DNA of 64,000 nt from a bacterium (GTDB lineage: Bacteria; Electryoneota; Electryoneia; Electryoneales; Electryoneaceae). Within the stretch, counting starts at the first letter, position 1. The number at the start of each line of letters is the position of its first letter. The notes under the pieces were generated by a model. That model had not been told where the DNA came from. It was given only the letters and a program-made list of their open reading frames with translations, and did no database searches. The stretch is taken from contig CAXXKJ010000002.1 of NCBI GenBank assembly GCA_963675295.2, positions 736,001 to 800,000 on the forward strand. The letters run 5' to 3'. Of the stretch, positions 36,806 through 45,966 are shown one piece after another. The translations under genes were made by a program, and so were the position numbers.

Positions 36806-39061
36806 CTACTTGGCCAGCAGCAATCGAGACGCCTGTGTCACTGTTTCGCCGGATGATTGATCCGTCGCCGTCAATTGCAGGAAGTAGTTCCCGCTGGCGA
36901 GCCGGGAGGCGTCAAACGCGGCGTGCTGCGCACCCGCCTGCAACACTCCACGGATCAGAACGGCGACCTCACGGCCGAGCAGATCGTACACCACCAGCTT
37001 CACCTCCATCTCACGTGAGAGGCTGAACGAGATCCGAGTACCGGCGTTAAACGGATTCGGCGACGCGGTCAATCCCACGACCAAATCGCTCGAACCGGCG
37101 GGAACTCGCACCTCCGCCGGAGCGACTGCGACATCGCCGTCCGCAATCCGGATCTGGTACACGTAGCCGACATTGCGTTCTGCGCTGCGGTCGGTGAAAT
37201 GGGTTCGTCGCACGGGTTCACGGTTCAGCTTCAGGTACGCGCGTCCGTTCATCTCGCGTCGGTAAATGTCATAGCTGACGTCCGTCGCTGGGCGAAGACT
37301 CCAGCTCAGGTGTACGCCGGAGCGGTCGCGTGTCGCCCGTGCCGCGATTTTCGCGCGCTCGTCGACGGGCGTGTTATAGCCTGTGTATTGGGTCAGAATG
37401 CCGTATTGCAGCGACAGGTCGACGATCATGTCGATGATGTCCTGATCCTCGCCATAGACCGCCATGTACGCCAGCCAGTAATCGATTTTCTGGATCGCCC
37501 ACATGCGTGGGACGAAGCTGAAGGATGTGGTGTCGTTTCCGGTAAACGTAAACGGGCCGTAGGTAAGGGACGTATCCCTGCCGGCAACGGTCGCGGACAG
37601 CTCAATCATTGTTTCGCCATGCTGCTGGTAGGTGCCACTGACCAGCGTCTGGCTGCCGGCGAAGATGGTATATGGCGCCGGGGGATAGTCTTCTTCGACG
37701 TTGACATCACCCATATCGAGTGTCACCTGTGTCAGCACTGGGCTGGAAAATCGCTGGAAGAAGACTTCGATTTCTTCGGCGAGGTGGGCGAGATTCTCCA
37801 CCTTCAACGTCAATCCGGAATTGGTGAAGGCGATGTAGTCGAGGAAGTCCAAGTCGGCGTCATCTCCGGCCGCGACCGTGAAGATGGACGCGCAGATCGT
37901 GTTCGCATTCCCGATGTTCTGAATGATCGTCGGCAGGTCGGTAACCCCGGTCGTTGGTTCACCGTCACTCAGGACCAGCACCTGGTTGGCGTGTGTCGGA
38001 TCAAGATCCTGGTTCAACGCATAGAGGACGGCATCGTTGAACAGCGTCCAGCCCGAGGCGACGAGACTGTTGATGTGTTGCACTGCGGCAGCGATGTTGG
38101 CCGGCGTTGCCAGCACCGGATTTACCTGCCACGGTTCAACAAAGTCGCTGAAGACAATGATGTTGAAATAGTCGCCATCATTGAGATGGGTGACGCAATA
38201 GATCGCCGCTTCTTTGGCTTCTTCCATTGCCCCGCCGGATCCCATGCTGCCTGAGCGGTCGATGACGAAGGTGAAGCTTTTGTTCAGCACGTCTCCCTGC
38301 CCGATGTCGCCCGGTTCCATGATGGCGAGATAATGGCCGGGATCGAGCGAATCTTCCTTGTGATGACTCATCAACCACAGGCCGACATCGTCTTGGCTGA
38401 CCGTAACCTGGCTGTACAGATTTTCCGTTGTAACGCCGCTCCCGGTCACGGAATAACTGAACTCATAATCGCCGAGGAACTGGAATTGCGCCTGGTAGGA
38501 TGCGACCTGTACGTCCTCAATCAACCGCTGGGAGGTGCCGGACACCTCGACGGCGAATGTGTCCAGCGGTGTTGACGCGAATGACGGCAGAGCGAGTGGG
38601 TACTCAAACGTGTAGTCGCCGAATTCGTAGGTCAGTAGCTCGGTGTATTCAATTCGGAGGGTAATCTCCCCGGGTTCCAGATCGGCGAACGATTGTGCGA
38701 AAGGATTCTCACCAAGATAGGATTGCAGGAATGCGGGCAGTCCTCCCACCCCGCCACCTCCCTGCTGGCCGGGCTCCAGGGCGAAGTAGTGCAGTTCGTC
38801 ATCGATCCACATCCCAAGTCCAACAATCGATGCACCCGGAGGCAGGGGCAGACAGTAGGTCGCGTCCACAAAACCCACATTGTCGTTGTTGAAAGTATGA
38901 TCGATGAATGTGGTGCACACCTGGTCGGTAATCTCGATTTCGGTATGAACTTCGGTCAAAGGCAGGAAAGAACTGCTGCTGTACAACAACGCGCTGGCAA
39001 AGGCTGGAACTGCGAAAAACAGCGAGAGCAGGACAACAACGCACAGATTTGCAGTACGCAT
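36806..39061 (-). CDS. VIT + von Willebrand A domain protein (inter-alpha-trypsin-inhibitor-like) with T9SS-like CTD
   Basis: VIT region (IDHTFNN..ATYCLPLPPGA); MIDAS motif FVIDRSGSM and LSDGEPT; PRMWAIQKI; LSLQYGILTQYT; SPNPFNAGT..LASGNYFL tail. Confidence 0.9.
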   Translation of the reverse strand: MRTANLCVVVLLSLFFAVPAFASALLYSSSSFLPLTEVHTEIEITDQVCTTFIDHTFNNDNVGFVDATYCLPLPPGASIVGLGMWIDDELHYFALEPGQQGGGGVGGLPAFLQSYLGENPFAQSFADLEPGEITLRIEYTELLTYEFGDYTFEYPLALPSFASTPLDTFAVEVSGTSQRLIEDVQVASYQAQFQFLGDYEFSYSVTGSGVTTENLYSQVTVSQDDVGLWLMSHHKEDSLDPGHYLAIMEPGDIGQGDVLNKSFTFVIDRSGSMGSGGAMEEAKEAAIYCVTHLNDGDYFNIIVFSDFVEPWQVNPVLATPANIAAAVQHINSLVASGWTLFNDAVLYALNQDLDPTHANQVLVLSDGEPTTGVTDLPTIIQNIGNANTICASIFTVAAGDDADLDFLDYIAFTNSGLTLKVENLAHLAEEIEVFFQRFSSPVLTQVTLDMGDVNVEEDYPPAPYTIFAGSQTLVSGTYQQHGETMIELSATVAGRDTSLTYGPFTFTGNDTTSFSFVPRMWAIQKIDYWLAYMAVYGEDQDIIDMIVDLSLQYGILTQYTGYNTPVDERAKIAARATRDRSGVHLSWSLRPATDVSYDIYRREMNGRAYLKLNREPVRRTHFTDRSAERNVGYVYQIRIADGDVAVAPAEVRVPAGSSDLVVGLTASPNPFNAGTRISFSLSREMEVKLVVYDLLGREVAVLIRGVLQAGAQHAAFDASRLASGNYFLQLTATDQSSGETVTQASRLLLAK

Positions 39062-39330
39062 GGTACACCCCCCACAGAGTCATGGAAACCGTTCGATTTA
39101 TGCAACAGGTACAGCCAACCCACAGTGTAGAAGGCAAAACACAGACCGGAGATGTTTGGTGTTCACGGAAAGCTGCAAACTATTGTGAAGGTAGTCGGTT
39201 GCGGTGAACGTGACGTGGGGATGACAGTTGGTACAGGTGTATTTTCGCGCAAACCATGCAGGTGGCTGTGTGATCGGTGCACGCGTGACGGAATGCGCGG
39301 TGGAAGGTCAGGCGGGGGTAAAACAAACGA

Positions 39331-39354
39331 TTGAGGCTCCCGGGGGAGCCTCAA
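39331..39354 (-). terminator. Perfect hairpin, probable minus-strand terminator
   Basis: TTGAGGCTCC-CGGG-GGAGCCTCAA, followed on the minus strand by TCGTTTGTTTT. Confidence 0.6.
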
Positions 39355-39405
39355 CCGCTGCGGTGTCATACCGTCCTGCGATGAAATAGGAAGCGCGGGT
39401 AGGGT

Positions 39406-39609
39406 TTAATACAACTGCTCCTGATAGCTGTGGCGTGGATTGTTGGGTCCGTCCGTGTGGACGGCGACGGTACGACACCAAATGCACGGGTTCAGGCGTG
39501 ACACCGTGGTACTACGGGTACGGGTTGATAGCATTCCGGGGATGGCGGACACGAGGGTCGGCTCTGATGCTGCATACAATGCATGGTATGTGGGTGGATA
39601 CAGGTGCAT
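39406..39609 (-). CDS. Possible small protein (67 aa), unknown
   Basis: GGAGG 5 nt before the ATG and a terminator downstream. No recognisable homology; may be non-coding. Confidence 0.3.
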   Translation of the reverse strand: MHLYPPTYHALYAASEPTLVSAIPGMLSTRTRSTTVSRLNPCIWCRTVAVHTDGPNNPRHSYQEQLY

Positions 39610-40125
39610 CGTCCCCTCCCCGGGGTGAAATAGATCTCCCTTTGTAACTTGCAGCCCTTATCATTGCTGACGTTGTGGCTGCTCCCTGATTCGCCGAACA
39701 CAAGGGCAAAGGGTGGGCCAGTTTTGGTACAGAGTACTCGGAGGACGCTGCAAAATCTGCGAATATCCAAGGCTGGAGAACTTCAGCATCGTTGTATAAT
39801 TAAGAATAACAGACAGTTAACAAAAAACTCGTGCATCTCTTCAGTATGCGGCTCTGATGCCTGTTCTGCGCTCGCTGGATTCCGGATATGGTATGGAGTT
39901 TCGGGAAAAACGCGCAAAGCGTGCAGACTCGGTCTGATTTGGTGCGCTATCGTGTGGTGGGTGGGCAGCGAGCTGCAAATCTTGCGCGTGCTATGCATGA
40001 TGGCTCGAGTGCTGCGGGTTGGAATCGGTCGAAATCGCACCGGGACTTGCCTGTGAGTCCCGTGTTCGCTACCCTTGTTGCGAACCTGCAGTCCCTTCTA
40101 TCCAACCGCAGGCAGGGGAAACCGC

Positions 40126-40221
40126 ATGGATGCGATTGCGCTGATTTTTTTCTCCACGGTTCCGTGGATCATCTGGGTGTTGGTCTATTATTTCCGTGAA
40201 ATGAGAAAGGGGCGGTCATGA
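40126..40221 (+). CDS. Small single-TM protein (31 aa) coupled to the sodium:solute symporter
   Basis: Manual translation MDAIALIFFSTVPWIIWVLVYYFREMRKGRS*. Purine-rich SD; stop overlaps the putP start (ATGA). Below the ORF-track cutoff. Confidence 0.7.
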   Translation: MDAIALIFFSTVPWIIWVLVYYFREMRKGRS

Positions 40222-41672
40222 GCATCACGATTGTGATCGTCGTCCTCTATTTCCTCATCCTGCTGGGCATCGGCCTGGTCGCCAGCCGTCAAACCTCGAG
40301 CGTGTCGGATTTCTTTGTCGCGGGCAAGAAGCTCGGCTACTGGGTCAGCGCGCTCAGTTCGCGTGCGACTGGTGAGTCCGGCTGGTTGTTGCTCGGCTTG
40401 ACCGGGATGGGCTGGGCGGTCGGGGTGAATGCGTTCTGGGTTCTGCTCGGCCAGGTGGTGGGTGAAACGATGAGCTGGGTGTACATCGCGCGCCCGTTCA
40501 AACGGATGACGGATAAGTACAACTCGATCACCGTGCCGGATTATCTCGAATCGCGGTTCAACGACACGCGGCATATTCTGCGTTGGATCAGCACGGTGGT
40601 CATCATCACGATGGTGACCTCGTACCTGGCGGCGCAGTTGACGGCAACGGGGAAGGCTTTCGGCGAATTTCTCGGCCTCGATTTCAAGACCGGCGCGATC
40701 CTCGGGCTCGCGATTGTGCTGTTTTATACGATGATCGGTGGTTTCCGCGCGGTGGCATGGTCGGATCTGTTCCAGGGGTCGATGATGCTGCTCGGGTTGA
40801 TCCTGGTGCCGATTGTGGCGGTGGTTGCGACCGGCGGTATTGGCGGTATGGTCGGCAGTCTCGGTGAGACACATCCAGACATGCTCAAGGCGATGGGCGG
40901 GCAGGGGTGGACGATGGCCGGAATCCTGACGGTGATCGGATTCGTCGGGCCCGGGTTCGGCTATCTTGGTAGTCCGCAGCTGTATTCACGGTTTATCGCG
41001 GTGCGCCACGAGCGCAAACTGATCCCCGGCGCAGTGGTCGCGGTCTTCTTCACGATCATCACTTCCGGTGGGGCGATCATCGCCGGGATGGCGGGGCGGG
41101 TGCTGTACCCGGTGCTGGAGGACCAGGAGGCGATCTTCCCGTTGTTATCGCACGAACTGTTCGGCCCGATCATGTCCGGCATTCTGATCGCGGTGGTGTT
41201 GGCGGCGGTGATGAGCACGGCGGATTCGCTGTTAATCCTGGCGGTGTCGAGCGTGGTGCGGGATGTTTACCAGCGGATTTTCCATCCGGACGCTGACCAG
41301 AAGCGGGTGGTGATGTTGAGCCGGGTGTTGACGTTGATCCTCGCGTTGATCGCTTTGGGGTTTGCGTTGCTCGAGGTGCGTCTGATCTTCTGGTTTGTGC
41401 TGTTTGCGTGGGCTGGAATCAGCAGCGCGTTCTGCCCGGTGATTGTGTTGTCCGTGTTCTGGAAGCGGTTAACGTTGAAGGGTGCGGCGGCGGCGATGAT
41501 CACGGGATTTGTCGTCGCGATCGTGTGGAAAATGACGCTCGGCCATATTGTTTATGAGATGGTTCCGGCGGTGATTCTGGCGACGTTGACGGCGATTGTT
41601 GTTTCGTTACTGGATAAGGCACCCTCTACGGAGTCCGAATCAGGTGCGCAAGAAGAAGGGCAGCCTGTGTAA
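40218..41672 (+). CDS. putP: Sodium/proline symporter (SSS family)
   Basis: DFFVAGKKLG, ALS..AT.ESGWLLLGLTG, T.PDYLE.RF, GGFRAVAWSD.FQG, GY.GSPQ, AAVMSTADS and FAWAG motifs. Confidence 0.88.
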   Translation: MSITIVIVVLYFLILLGIGLVASRQTSSVSDFFVAGKKLGYWVSALSSRATGESGWLLLGLTGMGWAVGVNAFWVLLGQVVGETMSWVYIARPFKRMTDKYNSITVPDYLESRFNDTRHILRWISTVVIITMVTSYLAAQLTATGKAFGEFLGLDFKTGAILGLAIVLFYTMIGGFRAVAWSDLFQGSMMLLGLILVPIVAVVATGGIGGMVGSLGETHPDMLKAMGGQGWTMAGILTVIGFVGPGFGYLGSPQLYSRFIAVRHERKLIPGAVVAVFFTIITSGGAIIAGMAGRVLYPVLEDQEAIFPLLSHELFGPIMSGILIAVVLAAVMSTADSLLILAVSSVVRDVYQRIFHPDADQKRVVMLSRVLTLILALIALGFALLEVRLIFWFVLFAWAGISSAFCPVIVLSVFWKRLTLKGAAAAMITGFVVAIVWKMTLGHIVYEMVPAVILATLTAIVVSLLDKAPSTESESGAQEEGQPV

Positions 41673-41718
41673 ACACAAAGTAGTAGTGTGGGGGTGTGGA
41701 CATTCTGGTTTGTCTCAT

Positions 41719-41754
41719 GGGAAGCGCGGTTTATCGCAATGCTTCCCTTTTTTT
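41719..41754 (+). terminator. Intrinsic terminator after putP
   Basis: GGGAAGC...GCTTCCC followed by T7. Confidence 0.7.
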
Positions 41755-41851
41755 GTATTTCCGGGAGCTAGATTCGCTTGACCTTTAGCAAAGTTAACCT
41801 GTGGCGGGCATTGTAGGGCATGGTCCGCAGTAGCAATGGGGAGAAGAATAG

Positions 41852-42676
41852 ATGGATACAGAAGCGTTGACCGGATTCATGCAGCATATCTGGGAAGGGG
41901 CGGCGGTGTATCTGCCCAAGTTGGCGTTGGCCCTCGTTACACTGATCGTCGGTTTCTGGATTATCGGTGCGATTTTGCGTGGTATGCGCAAGGGTCTCGA
42001 AGCACGTCAGATGGACCCGTCGTTGGGCAAGTTTCTGTCGAGTCTGATTGGCGTGTTGTTGAAACTGACCCTGCTGATCATGGTTGCGACGATGGTCGGG
42101 ATTCAGACAACATCGCTGGTGGCGTTGGTTGCTGCCGCCGGTTTGGCCGTTGGCTTGGCGTTGCAGGGCAGCCTTGCGAATTTCGCGGGTGGTGTGTTGA
42201 TCCTGATGTTCAAGCCGTTCAAGGTCGGCGATTACATTGAGGCGGGTGGTTTCGCCGGTTCTGTCAATGAGATCCAGATTTTCCAGACGATCCTGAAGAC
42301 GCCGGACAATGTGACGATCATCATTCCGAATGGTGCGTTGTCGAACGGTAACATCAAGAACTACTCGACCGAGCCGAAGCGCCGTTGCGACTTCGAGTTC
42401 GGCATCGGGTACAGTGACGATATCGCGAAGACGAAGGATGTGTTGCAGAAGATTGTGGACGCCGACGATCGCACCCTGACCGATCCGGCGGCACCGTTTA
42501 TCGCGGTCAAGGCGCATGGCGACAGCGCGGTGGTGATCGTGATGCGTGTCTGGGTGGATGCGGCGAACTACTGGCCCTACTTCTTCGACATGATGGAGAA
42601 GGTTAAGGTGACCTTCGATGCGGAAAACATCTCGATTCCGTTCCCGCAGCGCGACGTTCACATGATCCAGGACTAA
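41852..42676 (+). CDS. mscS: Small-conductance mechanosensitive channel
   Basis: GLAVGLALQGSLANFAGGVLIL.FKPFKVGDYIE, IIPNG and ISIPFPQRDVH motifs. Confidence 0.95.
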   Translation: MDTEALTGFMQHIWEGAAVYLPKLALALVTLIVGFWIIGAILRGMRKGLEARQMDPSLGKFLSSLIGVLLKLTLLIMVATMVGIQTTSLVALVAAAGLAVGLALQGSLANFAGGVLILMFKPFKVGDYIEAGGFAGSVNEIQIFQTILKTPDNVTIIIPNGALSNGNIKNYSTEPKRRCDFEFGIGYSDDIAKTKDVLQKIVDADDRTLTDPAAPFIAVKAHGDSAVVIVMRVWVDAANYWPYFFDMMEKVKVTFDAENISIPFPQRDVHMIQD

Positions 42677-42708
42677 GTCGTCCGCGATTGTGTTTCCGAA
42701 ATCGATCC

Positions 42709-42739
42709 AAAGCCTCCCCACGCTGGGGAGGCTTTCTTT
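42709..42739. terminator. Bidirectional intrinsic terminator
   Basis: AAAGCCTCCCCA-CGC-TGGGGAGGCTTT then CTTT, between convergent genes. Confidence 0.85.
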
Positions 42740-42758
42740 ATCTGTGGATATGGGTCGA

Positions 42759-43769
42759 TCAGTCTGCCAGCAGGGGTTGGATCAGCTCATCGAGTTGTGT
42801 CTCGGTGACCGCGCCGAGCCGTTGGCGGATGATACCGCGCCGGTCGATCAGGATGTTGGTCGGGGCGGCGGCGATGTTGTAGGTGGTGGTCGCAGCTCCG
42901 TCGGGGGTGTCCGCAAACAGCAGCGGCATGGTCAGGTGCAAGTCCTCACGAATGCGCGCGAAATTGTCGGGGCCGTCATTGTACCAGCCGACATTGATCA
43001 CCAGCACACGGAACCCGTCTTCATAGCGGCGTGCGTAGACGCGCTGGATGTCGGGGAGTTCGTCCCGGCACGGATCGCAGTCAAACCCCGCAAAGTTGAG
43101 CAGCAGGACCGCGCCCCGGTATTGCGCGAGCGAATATTCGGTGCCGAGATCGCCGGTGAGGATCAGGTTCGGTGCCAGTTGACCGGTTTCGATGCCGGGC
43201 GATTCTACGGTCAACGTCAGGCGCACGGTGGTGGTGTCCGCGGCGCGAACAGTCGTGACGGCATATCCCGGCGACGTGACGGCGTGATCCTGCAGCCATG
43301 CGCTGACGGTATGCTCGCCGGGCAGGATCGGCAACACGGAACCGGACGCGTGCGTCTGCGGCCGGAAATCGATGTGTACGTCTGCGCTGGCGGGTGTTGT
43401 GAGGACGTGTAAATACCCCGAAACGGTTGACGCGCCGGTCAACAGGGATACGGTCTGCGTGTCCGGCGGGGTGATACGGACCGTGGTATCAATGGACGCA
43501 TAGTCCAGCGCCGCCGGCAGCACCGACAGTCTGTGAACCCCCTCGGTCAGACCGCAGAGGGTCGCCGGTGTGCATTCCTGACGCGGGGTGCCATCCACGA
43601 AAATCGCAGCGCCCGTCAGGGTTTGCCCAGCGGTTGTATCCCAGACGCTGACCGTGAGTGCGCCGGCTTCCGGTTCGTCGCATTCTGTGATCCCGCAGCC
43701 AAACAGCCACACGCATCCGGCGAGGATCGCCAGCAACGCGGCGAGCGCGGGCATGGAGCGCCGGTTCAC
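42759..43769 (-). CDS. Lipoprotein with PEGA-like domains and C-terminal TlpA/ResA redoxin domain
   Basis: Lipobox-like LAGC/LFGC; GAAIFVDG...TP PEGA motif; LLNF...CDPCRDELP and APTNILIDRRGII. Confidence 0.82.
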   Translation of the reverse strand: MNRRSMPALAALLAILAGCVWLFGCGITECDEPEAGALTVSVWDTTAGQTLTGAAIFVDGTPRQECTPATLCGLTEGVHRLSVLPAALDYASIDTTVRITPPDTQTVSLLTGASTVSGYLHVLTTPASADVHIDFRPQTHASGSVLPILPGEHTVSAWLQDHAVTSPGYAVTTVRAADTTTVRLTLTVESPGIETGQLAPNLILTGDLGTEYSLAQYRGAVLLLNFAGFDCDPCRDELPDIQRVYARRYEDGFRVLVINVGWYNDGPDNFARIREDLHLTMPLLFADTPDGAATTTYNIAAAPTNILIDRRGIIRQRLGAVTETQLDELIQPLLAD

Positions 43770-44287
43770 CGCGATTCCTCTTCTGCTTCGTCGCCCAAAA
43801 GGTCTTCAAGCTTCGTGGTCAGCTTATCGTTGTAGGCCGGGATGTAGCCCATCGTGCGGTACACTTCGGTGCCGGTGGAATCGAGCAGCACGACAGACGG
43901 CGGCGCAACCACGCCCCAGCTCTGCGTGCTCACCTGGCCGGTCGCATCCCAGAGAACGGGGAAGGATACGTTTCGGTTGTGCAGCCAGCCGGGGACTTTC
44001 TGAATGGTGCGGGTGCGGTCGACGTTGAGGCCGACGATGCCGACCCGGTCGCCGTATCGTTGTCCGGCTTCAACCGCCCAGCCGGCGGCCTGGTCCGCTG
44101 GCGCGCAGCAGGCCTTGAAAATGAACACGATCCACGGGCGTCCGTCCGGCGGAAGCGACGCCGGTTTCTCACTGCCCGGCACCGGATCGAGCGCGAGCAT
44201 TTGCTTCATCGCGCCGGTGCGAACCTGTGCGAACAGGGTGGAAACGCCGAACAGAATGGCGAGGCTGAACAACAGGGCGCGTTTCAT
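43766..44287 (-). CDS. Exported TlpA-like redoxin with atypical CCAPA active site
   Basis: Signal peptide; FKACCAPA, IVGLNVD, FPVLWD, V.APPSVVLLDSTG. Start ATG 44287. Confidence 0.78.
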   Translation of the reverse strand: MKRALLFSLAILFGVSTLFAQVRTGAMKQMLALDPVPGSEKPASLPPDGRPWIVFIFKACCAPADQAAGWAVEAGQRYGDRVGIVGLNVDRTRTIQKVPGWLHNRNVSFPVLWDATGQVSTQSWGVVAPPSVVLLDSTGTEVYRTMGYIPAYNDKLTTKLEDLLGDEAEEESR

Positions 44288-44288
44288 T

Positions 44289-44972
44289 TCACGGCCACAC
44301 GTTGCTGTAGATGATGTACACCCCGGCGAAGCTGACCAGCGCGCCGAAGATGCGTTTCGTCCACAGGGAGAAGTTCGCGATGCCCCGGCTTTCGGCGAAC
44401 CGTTGTACGAATCCCGCTGAGATACCAGCCGCGATGATAAGCGCGACATGGCCGATGGCATACACGAACAGCAGCAGCGTGCCGTAAACAATCTGGCCCT
44501 GGCTGGCGACGAAGGCGAGGATGACGACCAGCACCGGCGTCGCGCAGGGTGTTGACGCGATCCCGAACAGCAGGCCGAGCAGGAACGCGCCCAGTGCGCC
44601 ACGGGATTTCGGCTGCAGGCGTTGCGGCATCGGGATGCGGATTTCGAACAGACCCATCATCGCCAGCCCCATCGCGAACACGAGGATCCCGACCACCCAG
44701 TACCATGCGGTCCCTACCTGTCCGAACAGCCGTCCGAAGATGGCAGCGATGGCGCCGAGGATGGTGAAAGTGATCGCCAGCCCGAGGGCAAACAGCAGGG
44801 AATAAACGACCGACTTGCGCCGGTCGCCGTCCGATGCGCCGCCGACATAGCCGATCACCAACGGCAGGATGACCAGCACGCACGGCGAACTGGCCGAAAG
44901 CAACCCGCCGAGAAAAACCGCTCCGACCGCGAGGAACGGATTCCCCTGCACCGCCTCGAGCAGGCTTTCCAT
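44289..44972 (-). CDS. ccdA: Cytochrome c biogenesis / disulfide transporter CcdA (DsbD-beta family)
   Basis: GLLS..SPCVL...PL and TPCATPVL motifs; six TM segments. Confidence 0.9.
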   Translation of the reverse strand: MESLLEAVQGNPFLAVGAVFLGGLLSASSPCVLVILPLVIGYVGGASDGDRRKSVVYSLLFALGLAITFTILGAIAAIFGRLFGQVGTAWYWVVGILVFAMGLAMMGLFEIRIPMPQRLQPKSRGALGAFLLGLLFGIASTPCATPVLVVILAFVASQGQIVYGTLLLFVYAIGHVALIIAAGISAGFVQRFAESRGIANFSLWTKRIFGALVSFAGVYIIYSNVWP

Positions 44973-45457
44973 CAGAGCTCGACTCCCATGTCACGGAAAA
45001 CTTGCTCAATGTCCTCGCGTGGGAAAAAGCCTTCGTGCCGGAAGAATTCGTTGCCGTCGGCGTCGAGGAACACCTGCGTTGGAATCAGCTTGATGCCGTA
45101 TTGGCTGGCAATGTCCGGAGTCTTGCGCACGTCGTGGAAGGTGACGCGGATGATCCCGGCGTAGTCGCGTTCGAGTCCGGCCATCACCGGCTTCATCTGT
45201 TCGCACGGCTTGCAGCCCTCACTGCCCAGCTCGAGCATCGTTGGCAGTTCAGTTTTCGCCTCGCTGGCAGCCGTATGGGCACCCAATGACGAGCTGAATG
45301 GATCGCAGCAGCTTCCCGCGCTGTCTGCAGCTGTTTGCGCACCGGCAGCATTCTCCTCTGTTGCAGTATCCGACTTTGCACCATCGTTCACATTGCAGCC
45401 TGCGCTGAACCAGAGCACAAAGAGTGCTGTCAACGCCAGCAATGGCAAGCGTTTCAT
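44972..45457 (-). CDS. Thioredoxin-family lipoprotein
   Basis: Lipobox SAGC; LELGSEGCKPCEQMKPV; IPTQVFLDADGNEFFRHEGF. Confidence 0.87.
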   Translation of the reverse strand: MKRLPLLALTALFVLWFSAGCNVNDGAKSDTATEENAAGAQTAADSAGSCCDPFSSSLGAHTAASEAKTELPTMLELGSEGCKPCEQMKPVMAGLERDYAGIIRVTFHDVRKTPDIASQYGIKLIPTQVFLDADGNEFFRHEGFFPREDIEQVFRDMGVEL

Positions 45458-45541
45458 CGAATTCTCCCAAGGTTCAATCCAACCGGAACGTCGAGACCTC
45501 CGAGGCCCGGCTTGCACTGTCATGGAACAAACGATAGATTA

Positions 45542-45565
45542 TTGCATGTTGATGCATAAATGCAA
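45542..45565. promoter_or_regulatory. Putative ArsR operator (inverted repeat) in the divergent promoter region
   Basis: TTGCAT-N12-ATGCAA just upstream of arsR and between divergent operons. Confidence 0.55.
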
Positions 45566-45582
45566 GATGCTCAGGAGACGAC

Positions 45583-45912
45583 ATGGCGAAGGTGGATGAA
45601 AAAAAGCTGGAGCTGGAATCGCGGTTATTCGCGATTCTCGGCCAGCCAACGCGTCTCCGTCTGCTGTACATGCTTCGTGAGGGCGAGCTTTGTGTCTGCA
45701 AGATCAACCCGGCGATGCGTGAGGATCAGTCGGTGATCAGCCGTCACCTTGCCAAGCTGCGTGACATGGGGCTGTTGGCGTCGCGGAAGGAAGGCGTGTC
45801 GGTGTATTACAGCATCGCGGAGCCGGCGGTGTTTGAGCTGCTCGAGAAAGCGGATGGCATGCTGCGCGGGATCGTCGAACGGCAGGCCCGTGAGGCGGTC
45901 GCGGCGTTGTAG
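45583..45912 (+). CDS. arsR: ArsR/SmtB-family transcriptional regulator
   Basis: F..LG.PTRL.LL, ELCVCKI, QS.ISRHLA.LR..GL..SRKEG..VYYS motifs. Confidence 0.9.
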   Translation: MAKVDEKKLELESRLFAILGQPTRLRLLYMLREGELCVCKINPAMREDQSVISRHLAKLRDMGLLASRKEGVSVYYSIAEPAVFELLEKADGMLRGIVERQAREAVAAL

Positions 45913-45966
45913 GACCAGGAAGTAGCCGTGTCCACTGCAGGGCGCGACTGAGCTGATGAGAGTTCC

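Noticed and set aside
39649-40199. Several 85-135 aa ORFs in the gap before putP
   Set aside because: They have no convincing SD or motifs, overlap one another on both strands, and have atypical composition.
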